64,000 bases of DNA from Azolla caroliniana (lineage: Eukaryota > Plantae > Polypodiophyta): positions 17,422,001 through 17,486,000 of the forward strand of contig JBHGNT010000016.1 of NCBI GenBank assembly GCA_043228905.1, in the 5' to 3' direction. Below are positions 27,371 through 39,111 of the stretch, in pieces. A program made the position numbers and the translations under genes. The notes beneath the pieces were generated by a model that did not search any database, had not been told where the DNA came from, and saw only the letters and a program-made list of their open reading frames with translations. Within the stretch, counting starts at the first letter, position 1. The number at the start of each line of letters is the position of its first letter.

Positions 27371-27402
27371 GTTGTTGTGGTTGTTTTTTGGCCTCGATTT
27401 TT

Positions 27403-27445
<43 letters not shown>

Positions 27446-27912
27446 TTTGTTTCGTTTGATTTGCTCTTCTTCCTCCTTCCCCCTCACAACCCTTTGCTTC
27501 CTCCTCCTTCCCCCACGACCCTCTCTGTTTTCTACAACGTTCTCCCTCCTCCCTCTACGTTGTTGCTCCTGCCCCCGCACGTTGCATGCTTCTTGCCGCC
27601 GCCTCGTCTTCTGCATGTTGTGTCTAACCCCTCCCTCCTCCTTGGGTAGGTCTCCTCCTCTGTTTGCCTTTGAGCTGTGCCTTGCGAGCTACTTTTTTCC
27701 GGTTACATCCACTCCTCCTCCCCTCCTGCGTATTGCGGCGTCTTCCCTCAGTAGGTCCCACCCTCTGTCATCGATTGCTGTGTTGATTACTTCGTTATGC
27801 TTCGCGCCGGCGTCATGACGGCCATGATGGCTGTCATGTCATTTTCCCACCTCCTCCTGTCATTGGCCGTTATAGAGCCCCTTCATCACTAGTTCACTTT
27901 CCTTTAGCACTG

Positions 27913-28555
27913 GTTTGAGGAGCGTAACTCCTCGAATCTCTCACTAGCTCGAGGAGTCCAACTCCTCGAACCCCTCCCCATTGGTTCGAGGAGCATAACT
28001 CCTAGAACCTCTCACCAGTTTGAGGATCTTAACTTGTCGAACCTCCTGCTCATTCGAGGAGCGTAACTCCTCGAACCTCTCACCAGTTCGAGGAGCGTAA
28101 CTCTTTGAACGAACCTCTCACCAGTTCAAGGAACGTAACTCCTGGAACCTCTCACCAGTTTGAGGAGTCCAACTCCTCAAACCCCTCACCACTGGTTCGA
28201 GGACAAACCTCCCACTTGTTCGAGGAGCATAACTCCTCAAACCTCCCACCGGTTCGGGTAGCGTAACTCCTCGAACCTCTCACCCGTTCGAGGAGTCCAA
28301 CTCCTCGAACCCTTCCCCACTGAGGAGCCTAACTCCTCGAACCCTTCCCCACTAGTTCGAGGAGCCTAACTCCTCAAACCTCCCACTCCTTCGAGGAGCG
28401 TAACTCCTCAAACCTCTCACAAGTTACAGTCCTCGAACCCCTCACCTGTTGGAAGAGTCTAACTCCTCGAACCCCCTACCCCGGTTTGAGGAGGCCTCGA
28501 ACCCCCTCCCCAGTTCGAGGAGACTTACCCCTTGAACCCCTCACCGGTTCAAGGA
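27913..28555 (+). repeat. Tandem array of ~33-bp hairpin units TTCGAGGAG-N5-CTCCTCGAA
   Basis: About 17-19 degenerate units, each with a 9-bp stem, separated by C-rich linkers. Confidence 0.9.
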
Positions 28556-28713
28556 GAGATGCCCTACCCGCTCACAATCGATCCCTCAACCTTTTCAAAC
28601 CCCCATTCCACCTTGCCGCAACCCATGATTCCTGTCACTAGGTCCATGCAATACACAGGAATTGGTCCACCCGATTTAACTATACTAATGCTTTTCCCCA
28701 CAGGTTGTAATCA

Positions 28714-31700
28714 ATGGCATCCACTCGATTCATCAAACTCGTCCACGCGTACTACCCCAACGCCGGTTGTGGTTCGTTGGTGATTCCGGCAGAGTTCAAC
28801 AACACCCAACGTGTTTGACACCCTTTCCCGACTCGGCCTCAAGTTCTTCCTCGGGATTGGCCCGTGGGGCATATTGCCCGACCTGGCCAACCGCTTCCTT
28901 AGAGGGTACAACCCCGATACTGGCCACGTTGATATGTACACCTTCACGGATACCCCCTTTGTCGAATTCCAGTTCACTATCACCGACGTTTGTGCTACGC
29001 TGCATTTGCCGACGGATGGCATCCCCTTCCGCACCACGAAGACTCCTGGTATCGTCCCCGACATCATCCCCACCGCCTACTCCGAAGATTCTGGGCACGA
29101 AGGTTGGCGTTATACCGAAATTCCCCCCCACCTCCATGACCGTTGTAGCGCGATTGCCCAGATTGGTGACACCGCATCTACCGACGCCACCGCCCGCATC
29201 ACTGGCGAGTTCCTCAAGTGGGCACATGATCCTCAACCGGTCCACTAGGCTCACGAGCTTGTTCGACGGGTCAGAGAATGGAAAACACAGCCCAAATCGG
29301 CAATCAATTTCGTGTGGTTCCTCAGTTGTTACTTGTGCGCAAAGTTCAACATCGGGCCTCCCGCCCTTGCCTTCATACGCTGCCAGGAACGACACCGCAA
29401 GATAACTGTACCAGGCCAACCCAAGTGGCTCCGCATCCCCGAACATGACTTCTTAAGATAGGTATACCAAGGCGAACGGGAGCGGCCACTATCACACAAA
29501 CAACCCCAAATCACCCACGTGACGGCTGAAGATACCCTTGATACACCTGAGGATATCACAAATCGTGTCAAGGAATTCCAGGCACGTGAATTCACTCCAA
29601 CCGAAATCCGCAACTGCCCACCCTAACCCAACTCCCGCCAACCCCCCCCGAAAGCCTTAGCCTACATGGTGGTAGACATCCTCAAGATGACTTCTGTTGT
29701 GTTTCGTCGCCTACTCCAAGTCCATGCACAAGCCCAACAGACCGCCACTGACCAACAAAAGGCCTCTACACGGAATGAGGTCTTAGCCGCTGAAGTGTGG
29801 AGCGCCCACCATGCCAATGCATGCCAAGCCGCCGCCCACAACCTCCTCAAGAAAGAACTGCTTGGTGAGCGAACTTGACACCAACAACTCGCCGACGAGT
29901 TCCACCAAGCCCGGACAACGTGGTACCACGATGACGAACGCGTGGCGCAAACACACGCCGAACTCTCTGCCGAGTAGGCGTGCCTCACCACCCAACACCA
30001 CCAGACGGAGTCCCACCTCGCAGCGATGATGGCTGACCTCTCCGCACGGTCCAAGGCTCTGGCCACCGCCATTGCCACAATTCACCGGCTCACGAGCGAG
30101 ATCACAACCCTCAGGGCTGAACATGACACTATGGTCCAACAAGTGGAGGACACCAATGAACGGAAAAAATTCCTCATCAAACATCGCCGCCAGTGCGCTG
30201 AACTTCAGAAGGACATCACCCAACTCCGCACGACCAAAGCCGCCCTCGAGCACACCCTCAGCCCAGGCATGATTGGCTCCTCCACAATTCAGACACCTCT
30301 GCTTACTCCGCCCGGAAATCCGAATATGATTCAACCGCTCTCGGTGTACGTGACCTCGACATCCCTGCTCTTCGAACTCTTCACCGCACCACGTACCCCG
30401 CGTAACCTTCTAGCCCAGGCCACGTGCGTACTTCTCGAAGAAAAGCACACCTCGATCGGCAGACATTCATCTGAGTACTTCTCAAAGAAAAGCATGCCCT
30501 CACCCTCTTCATGCTGTACCAGGAAGCCACCGAGGATTCCTCATCCCCAACAGGTGACCTCTTCACCTAACACCTCCCTATTTTGTTTCTCGAAGGCATG
30601 GCCTACCTGCACACCGCCATTGCCCAGTATGTTTCGCCTACCCTTCCGATGTCACGATGCAAGTCACGGAACACCAGCTGGCCCAACTCTTCACAACACT
30701 GGTGCGCTTACATTGTATCGCTGACACCCTCACCCGCACCTTGCTGGAGAGCGCTACGACCTACGTACCCCCTTTTGGTTTCCTCTGGTTAATACGCACT
30801 TGGCAAACTGCCTAGGATATCGGGGTTCGTACTCACATACTCAGCATCGAATGTGCCGCATTCAATTGGCCCACCGACCTCGAGGCTGATGACATCTAGG
30901 AGTTAGCCCTATACCTCGACGTCTCTCGTGAGTATCAACTCATGACTTTCGATGAGGCTCGTGCCCCCCGCACCCCCCTCACTCCCTGCTAGAGATCAAC
31001 CTGGAGTGGGACCACGACTCCCTTGATGATCTTGACAAACAGCCACCTCCACGCCCTAACCCTACCTCATCGCTGCCTCCAAGCCCTCCCCCTCCACCCC
31101 ACCTCCCCTCAGCGAACACCACGTCCCCGACCACACACACCCCATGCTCGGCAGAGACCCCTTTCGCACACCCCCCTGGCCCATCCCCATGCCTCCCCAC
31201 CACCTGACCCCTTCCCCCTCCACACACGAGTCGTCATCCACCCTGGTCAGGCATTCACGGATGCCATCCTCCGCAAAGCCCTCCCTTTCAACCACCCCCT
31301 CGCACACCTTATGCTCACCCCCCCCCCCCATCTTCATTACACCTCCGCTACTACATGACACGAGTGCCCGATTCAATGCTGCGGCATTCTACGCTGATTT
31401 GGTCGACCGTTACCAACTCATCCACGGCCTCGAAGCAGCTCTCGATTACATCGAACATGGTACAGGCTGGGACACCCGGCTCGATAACCAATCTGCCGCA
31501 CCCATCCCCTAGGAGTTTGATTTTTGTGAGACCCCCCTCCTCCTCACCTATTACCCTGAAGTCACCTCTGAACCCCAAGTCGACATCTTCCTTTACCCAC
31601 ACGTTTACCGAGATAAGATGTCTACTTGGGCGGCCGCCAACCCCACCTCAACTCGCGGATGGCACCACCTCGTTTCGATCCCTTCCTCAAACCAGCTGGC

Positions 31701-32270
31701 ATCCAACCCCCGCGGCGTCTCCCTTGGTTCGAACACGCATCCTTCCAAGAATGGTTTGCCCTCCACCCTCCCGAGATGCACACCAACAACACTTTTTTCC
31801 CCCTCCTTCACCATTGGCCATGGCGCGACTTTCAAGCCGCCTAGGCATGCCTACCCACCCTCCAGTTCAACTGGCTCGTGTTCCCACGACCTCCGCGCAC
31901 ATCACTGAACGAAGCTAGAATGATTCGGGTCATGCGACGATTTCTACGTACTGACCTTGATGTCCTTGACCCTGACATTCAAGCCAGTCTTCTGCTGCTC
32001 ATACTTCTTGACTCTGGCCCTTATGAATCCCACCCCTTCCAGAAACACAACCACTTGGCGTGGGGCCTTGCCTTTGATTTGAATAAAGGCCCTACATGTC
32101 GGCAACTGGTCGGCCTTTGGACCCACGTCAACGTGCTTCCCGCCACCTACAAACGAGATTTTGAAACCATGATCGACACATGTTTTTTCCCTGCTTACAT
32201 AAGTTTTGGCCGAAACCCCCCCTCTCCCTTCGCCGGCCACAACACCTACACATGACTCACTGGCCCCAAG
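28714..32270 (+). pseudogene. Extra 3' ORF region (env-position / accessory ORF) of the Athila-like element, degenerate
   Basis: ATG 28714 follows the splice acceptor TTTTCCCCACAG. Frame-shifted coding blocks include FDTLSRLGLKFFLG..FTITDVCATLHLPTDG and a coiled-coil block at about 29690-30260. Lies upstream of the PPT and LTR copy 3. Confidence 0.55.
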
Positions 32271-32464
32271 AAGAACTTCTTCTCGAAGACCGACCAAATG
32301 CAGGAAATCAGGCGATTGCCACTGAACATCCGCCATCTTCGCCATCATCTTCGCCGCCACCCACCCCCCGAGGAAACCCCCTACTCCATCCTTCTTGCCC
32401 CCGACGCCTAAAGCTCCCCTCCCATAGTGCACCCGAGGGTGTGCACTCATTAGGTTGGGGGGGA

Positions 32465-32758
32465 TGTTAAGCGCTTGGATTGCACCACAACCAGTCATGA
32501 ATAAGAGCGCATCAACAAGGACGTAGTATGTGTTGAAGGACCTACGAAGAGGAAATGGCAAGAGGAAAAGAGGTTAAGGGACATCCAAGTGTGAAAGGTC
32601 CATACCCTAAACGTGAATGCTATATAAACCACATAGTAGTGGCTCGGAGTTTTATGACAACCATCTCCGCCCGATTCGCCATCAAAAGGGTATACGCCGG
32701 TTCGAACTCCGCAAACGACATCGAGGAGTTAACTCCATTGATACATAGATCCTACACA
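32465..32758 (+). repeat. Athila-like LTR copy 3 (3'-type, ~280-bp internal deletion)
   Basis: PPT GGTTGGGGGGGA directly before TGTTAAGCGC; deletion junction near 32645. Confidence 0.9.
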
Positions 32759-33206
32759 TTTATTTGACGTTCGAAAAATAAAACGAGCCGAACCAAACAT
32801 AGCTCGACGGCAATAAACAATAATTGTTCGTGGTACCCCTAAAATTAAAGGGTAACTCGACGATCAGAAATGCTAATAGGTAGGCCGGAGGGGAGGTTAT
32901 GGTTTACCGGATGTGGTATAGAGGTTGAGGGGGGGAAAGGGTCGAGTAATTGATGGTTGGTGTGGCATAAGGGAGGGGGCGGGTTTAAAAAAACTGTGAG
33001 ACGGTCAAGGTTTGTATGCCGACGGTAAGATTGGATGGGGGTCCACTGGGGGTGTTGTGAGGGTTTGGGGGAATTAGGCGTTTTTGGGCAGACCTGAAGG
33101 GGTAGATGTGGGGGGTGTGTCATTCACGTGTCGTCTGAGGGGCTATTTTTGTCAAAGGGAAGGGGAGGGTTTGTGAAGCACTTTTACGGGGCGTTTGGTC
33201 TCCTAG

Positions 33207-34276
33207 CTATTTAGTCCCATTGATTTCCATGGCCTTAACCTGGGTGGGGTATTTAACCGATGTGCAAAGTGGTCGGGTATCTTGTGTAGTCGTGGTATGG
33301 TCGCAAGTGGGGAGCCGGCTTCGTTTCGGGACCCAGAAACTAGTGGCGCCTTTGTGCCAACTTTGGGCGTTTGTTAGTGCTTTTCTGACTTGCCAAATAG
33401 CATGTTCTTCATGGCGTGGTCCTTTAGTGAAAGTCGCGTAGATGTTCACCCACGTGCGTGGTGTGGATGTCTTTGTGCTGATGTTAGCGTTACTCTGAAC
33501 TTGGGTGGCGGTGTCGTGAAGGATTTGCTTCACGATATAAAAATAAATTTAAATATTAAATTCAGTAATATTTCAAACACTTGAACCTACAACCTTATAA
33601 GCCAAGCACAATGTATATACCACTAGGGTAGGCTATTTGTTTTTAGAAATGTTATCAAGAATGTGCTTCACTATATAAGAATCAACTTAAATATTGTATT
33701 AAGTAAAATTGAGGGACTTGAACCCTCAACCTTGTATATCAAGCACAAAGCGTACACCACTAAGCTAGGTTATTTGTTTTAGGGTTTATCCATCATTATA
33801 CTTATCCCAATACATGGGAGCTCAAATGAGCATGATGTCTATCATGCATCACATGCAATGCATGTGCGCCAAATGGTGATCATGCATCAGATGTAACTCA
33901 TGCATTACATGCATGCCATTACCATATGCATGGAAATACTTATAAAAAGAGGGGATAGGAAAACAAAAGGGAATCAATCAAGGGAGAGAGGGAAAATAAT
34001 ACAATCAAGTAAAGAAGACTAGCTCATTGGGTGGAGAACCTCTCGTTTCGAAGTTGAGGTCGAGGGTTCAAATCAAGGGTCGGTATTGAAAAGATTCATC
34101 TTGCGATCAAGGATTGTAAAGTTGGTAAAATATTATATTTTTAATATACATCATGTTTATATCATATACTCTTGTTCTTTGAATCATACTTTGTCTCAAT
34201 CTTCTTTGTAGAATCATACTTTGTCTCAATCTTCTTTCTTGAATCATACATTGTCTCTATCTTTTATCTATGCTCG

Positions 34277-34315
<39 letters not shown>

Positions 34316-37300
34316 TTACTTGTAACTCTTCGTCTTACTATCCTTAACCATTCTATCATCACCATACAAGCCTTATTAAAAGTTAAGTTTCTTCAACTCC
34401 CCTTAACCTTAGTCCCCGCGACTTCGCCGCACGAACCACAACTACCCCGACAACAGGTGGTTGTATGAGCTCCTTCTGGTTGGGTGAGTTCACGCTCTCG
34501 AGCTCGCCGAGATTGGTGGGACATGGTTCGAGTGTTGTTGCGACGAGCTTCTCGAACTTCACACTGTTGTCGTTGCATGGTTCGAGGTTTGGGGAACCTA
34601 GATGTTCCCACGTTTTGAAGGAGAAAAGGGTTTGTGATGCTCCAGTGTCGATCACCGTTGTTAGAGGTACGCCGTTGGCAAAGCATGGTAGGTGTGTCAT
34701 CACGACATTAGGGTCTATCGACTTAGCCCTAGTTGCAGGGCGGGTATCACTTTGTCTTTTCAACTTCGCTTGTGCATTGTGCAGGTCGGTTTCTAGTCGG
34801 GCCATTTGTCCTCTGGAGGCTTTGAGCTTGGCTTCTAGTACTCGTTGTCGAGCCATGAGTAGGGCTTCGAGGGTGAGGGGTCCGTAGTAATGTTTGAGCT
34901 TGCTCCCATTGATGAATCCTAGGATATCGATTCCTTCGAGCGTGCGTATTCGTCACGTTCCTGTCTTAGTAATCTCTAAGACTACATAGGGACCTTCGCC
35001 GCGTAATTTGGGCTTCTTTTTGTTTCGTTGAGAGGTGAATTTGAGAGCCATGTCTCCTTTAGCTAGATCTGTGTCCTTTACTTTGTTGTCGTGCCACACC
35101 TTCCTATTGGCTTTCTTTGTCAAGAGTGCTTGGAATGCAAGAAGGCGAGTTTCGGTCAATCGTTCCAGGTTCTCTAGGCATGACGGGAGGGTGTTTCCAT
35201 CCCATCGTTCTTGAACAACTATCCTGAGGCTAGGGACGAGGAACTCGATGGGAAGTACCGCCGCCTGTCCATATACTAGTTTGAATGGTGTGTGGCGAGT
35301 TGCTACTTTGTAGGAGGTGCGGAAAGCCCATAATGCGGCTTGGAGTTTGGTGCTCCAATCTGATTGAGAAGCTATAGTTATCTTTGTGAGTACTGCACAT
35401 AACACTTTATTAGTGCTTTCCGCTTGTCCGTTGCACCATGGGTAATAGGGGGAGCTCTTGCGGTGCATCACCATGAACACGCCTCGTAGGTGTGCAATCA
35501 CTTCATTGAGGAAATGAGAGCCTTGATCACTAATGATCTCCAGCGGACATCCAAACCGCATTATGACGTTTTCATATAGGAATTTGGTGGTACTACGTGC
35601 GTCGGCATTAACACAAGCTTTAGCTTCCACCCACTTGGTAGTGTAGTCAGTGGCAGTTATTATGTATCAATTGAGGTTGGAGGCTGGGCTGATTGGGTCG
35701 ATAAAGTCGATACCCCATTTCTTGAACGGTTGCCGTGCCACAACCGTGTTTAATGTGTTGAAATCCACTTTCAACGGATGTTTGAAACGTTGGCACTCAT
35801 CACATCAGCGAACATACTCATATGTGTCCTTGAATAGTGTTGGCCACCATAGGCCGAATTGGAGGATCTTGCGTGCGGTGACCTTGTGACTCAAATGACC
35901 GCTTCCACTGTTGCAATGAGCTTGTTCGAGGATGGCGACGATAGCATGGTTCGGTACACACCTCCGAAGGACATCCTCATAGCCTCTTTGATACAAGTTG
36001 GCTCTTAGCATCGTGAAGGGGCCACATTTCCTTAACAAGACACGTGCATGTACCCAACTTATTTGTTTTAGGAAAGACCCCCCTTCGGTTAAGGCGCGAA
36101 CGATGTCTGATGCCCATGATGGTATGGTGTCGATCGTGAATAATCTTGCATCTGGTGCTTCGTCGTCAACCCCCGTGGCTTCTTCTCCATTTGGTATTCG
36201 GGAGAAATTAACAACGAGTTCATGGTCTTTTCCTTTTCTCACCACCACCTTGAAGTCGAACTCGAGTAACATTACGATCCATCGGGATATGCATCCCGTG
36301 GCTGGAGTTTTGTTGACCAAGTAGAGGAGGGCTTGATGATCTACAAAAAACGAGAAACGTGACGCCAAGGGGTAATGTCAGAACTTTTTCACGCTGTAAA
36401 CCATAACCAAAGCTTCTTGCTCCGTCGTGGAGTAATTTCGTTTGGCGGCGTTTAGTTGGCGACTAGCAAAGGTGATCGGTAGGTCGAGGGCCCCTCCATT
36501 GGGTTGAACTAGCACTGCACCAATCGCGAAGGCGGAGGCATCAGTGTGAACGTGAAATTCTTTGGTCCAGTCAAGAGATCGGAGGATGGGAGCCTTAGTT
36601 AGGCACTCTTTGAGGAGCTTGAACGAGTGGGTGCATTCTTCAGTCCAGGTGTACTGCTTTAGCAAGGCATAGAGTGGTCTGGCCTTGTCTGCGAACATCT
36701 TGATGAAGCGTCTATAATAACCCGCGTACCCCATGAACCCTTGTAGTTGTTTCTCGTTCGCAGGAGGTGGCATGTCAAGGATGAGTTTTACTTTTGCCTC
36801 GTCGGTCGAGTTCCCATGTTGGGACACAACATGACCTAATATTAATCCGTGTTTGACCCAGAACTGACACTTGAGTGGATTGAGAGAGAGTTGATAGGCC
36901 CTGCATTTTTCGAACGTTAAGCGGAGTAGCGCCAGGTGGTCATGCCATGTCGAATGGCAACATAAATTGTCGACATAGGACTCCACCCTTTGTCGTAACC
37001 TTGCCGTGAAGATATGGTCCGCTGCCCTTTGATAGGTGCTTAGGGCACTTGTGAGCTCGAAAGGCATCTTCTTATACGTGAACGTACCAAATTCGGTGGC
37101 GAAGGCTGTCTTGTGTTGATCCTCAGGCACCACTGAGATTTGGTTGTACCCCGAGAACCCGTTGATGAAGCTATAAGCTTCGGCTCCTACGATTATTTCA
37201 AGTAAATGCTCGATGTAGGGTACCGGGTAGTTGTCCTTGATGGTGGCTTCGTTGACTTGGCGGTAGTCGACACATATGTGGATTGACTGTTTTTCTTCGG

Positions 37301-39111
37301 GATGACTACGATCGGGGAGACCCAAGTGGTTCATTCGATCGGGTAGATGATGCCTGCGTCTAACATTTTGTTGATTTCGGCTTTCACTTGTTGGGTGTAG
37401 TTAGGGTTCATTGGGCGCGACCTTTGTTGGATTGGGCGGGCGTTGGCTCGCATGGGGATACTATGGGTGACGACCTCAATCGGAAACCCTTTCATATCTA
37501 CGTACGACCATCCGAACACGTCACTAAATTCCGTGAGGAGGATGATCAAGGATGTCTCCTCGTCAGACTGGAACACTGGTTTGGAGTCCATCCCCTTCCT
37601 GAGGTTGATTTCTTTAACCCTTGCCGGTCCGTCGCATACCTCACCTAGGCTTTGAGGGGTGCGTTGTGGTCTCTTACAAGCCACTACCCGATTCCCTTGT
37701 TCATACAGTTTGAATTGCTCTGGGAAGTCCACTTCTGTCGAGGTCTCCTGAGTGGTCACAACCTCATCTTGACATGTGGCTCGTTGTGCCAGGTTTTCAT
37801 CTTTTACATCTACTTGTTTTTGCTGGGGTACAAGGGTGGTGATGTTAAAGCAAGAGATTGTGTCTCCATCCTCTTCACAACACTTTGTACCAATGGGATA
37901 CATTGCGTCGGTCGTGACGAGAGTGTGTACCCAATTAATCTCTAACGTATCAGAAGCTACAAATTGGTCTTCTCTTTCTCTTGCATTCTCCGCTTTGGAA
38001 TTGGCGAATCTTTGGGGGAACGGTTGGCCCCTAGCCAAGATCTGAACTATTTTTGTGGGGTTGCATGCTAGGAGCTTGGTCTCAAACTCGGTGGTTTCTG
38101 ACCAGTCGTCCATGAGAGGGCTACCCTCTTGTTTGTGCACTTTTTGTGTGTATGCTTGGATGCAGAAGGTTTTGTTCTTTTTACACATATAGATTGTATC
38201 ATTCCCAAAATCCATTACCAGGCGGCTTACACGTAGGAATGGTCTTCCTAGTAAGCATTTGTAGGCCACATGGTTGGATGATCATGTGACGACGAATGTA
38301 AGATTGAACTCGACTCCGTGGATGGTGAAGTGATGTGCGGGGATCAGGCCTTTTGGCTGTTGGATGGACCCATCTGCCATTCGTAGTTTGACATCTAAAG
38401 GAAGCATTTTTGGGTTCCCCCACTTACACCGACATTCGTAGCTGATGATACTTACCCCTACGTCAGTGTCAATGATTGCATCGCACGTCGTACCGTTGAC
38501 GCGGACAGGTAGAGTGAAACTAGTATCATTGCTCTCGAAGTGAGCTTCGCGTATATCGACTGGTGGTCCTTCTGGTTGCTTGAGGACTGTGGACATATGA
38601 GGAATGTGGGTGTGTATCTTTTCTCCATAACCTGCTGAGAGGCTACCATTGAGGCAATGAAGGACGTCGTGCCACGATTGGATGTCGAGTTTGAGTAGCT
38701 CTTCAGGCGTGAACTCTATTTCCTTGGCGAGTAGAAGTCGTAGTTGGGGGTTTTCGGCCATGAAGGTGCCAGTGTAACTTTGTACTTCGTGTAATGTGAG
38801 TTGTAATCTTAAATTTAATATTTGCTGGAGGAGGGCCGTGTTGACCTCGTTGATCGGGTTAGGAATGCAGGTGGGGGTGTCAGTTGATGTGACAATGAGG
38901 GGAGGTGTATCTGTGTGTTGGGGTGGGGGATTTACCAATTCTTCGAGTTGGTCGAAGTTTAAGCTCGAGAGACTAAGCGATTTTTCGAACTGTTCGTAGC
39001 GTATGAGTTTAATGTACTCTTCAACCTTTGGTTTTTCAACCACTGGGTTTGGGTAGGCTACTAGGTGTGCCCGTAGCTCTTGGTTAGGGTTGACGGGTAT
39101 TGTTTCTGCGT
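33207..39111 (-). pseudogene. Athila-like pol: PR-RT-RH-IN plus a C-terminal extension containing a second aspartic protease
   Basis: AIIDTDVGVSII (PR), YSFINGFSGYNQI and SYVDNL (RT), HTDASAFAIGAVL (RH), EIISDQGSHF and GPY (IN). After one stop the frame continues into TVIDTGASQTLF. Confidence 0.88.
33512..34452. mobile_element. Solo LTR (Gypsy type)
   Basis: TGTCG...CGACA termini; decayed 4-bp TSD GCGG/ACAG. Removal restores the minus-strand frame KELIQPP|ATQVQSN. Confidence 0.8.

Noticed and set aside
26972-27818. Long hydrophobic ORFs resembling membrane proteins
   Set aside because: They arise from T-rich and (CT)n low-complexity sequence spanning a rearrangement junction.
27913-28555. 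CRISPR-like array of palindromic repeats
   Set aside because: Linkers are short and similar to each other rather than unique spacers, there are no cas genes, and the context is a eukaryotic retroelement.
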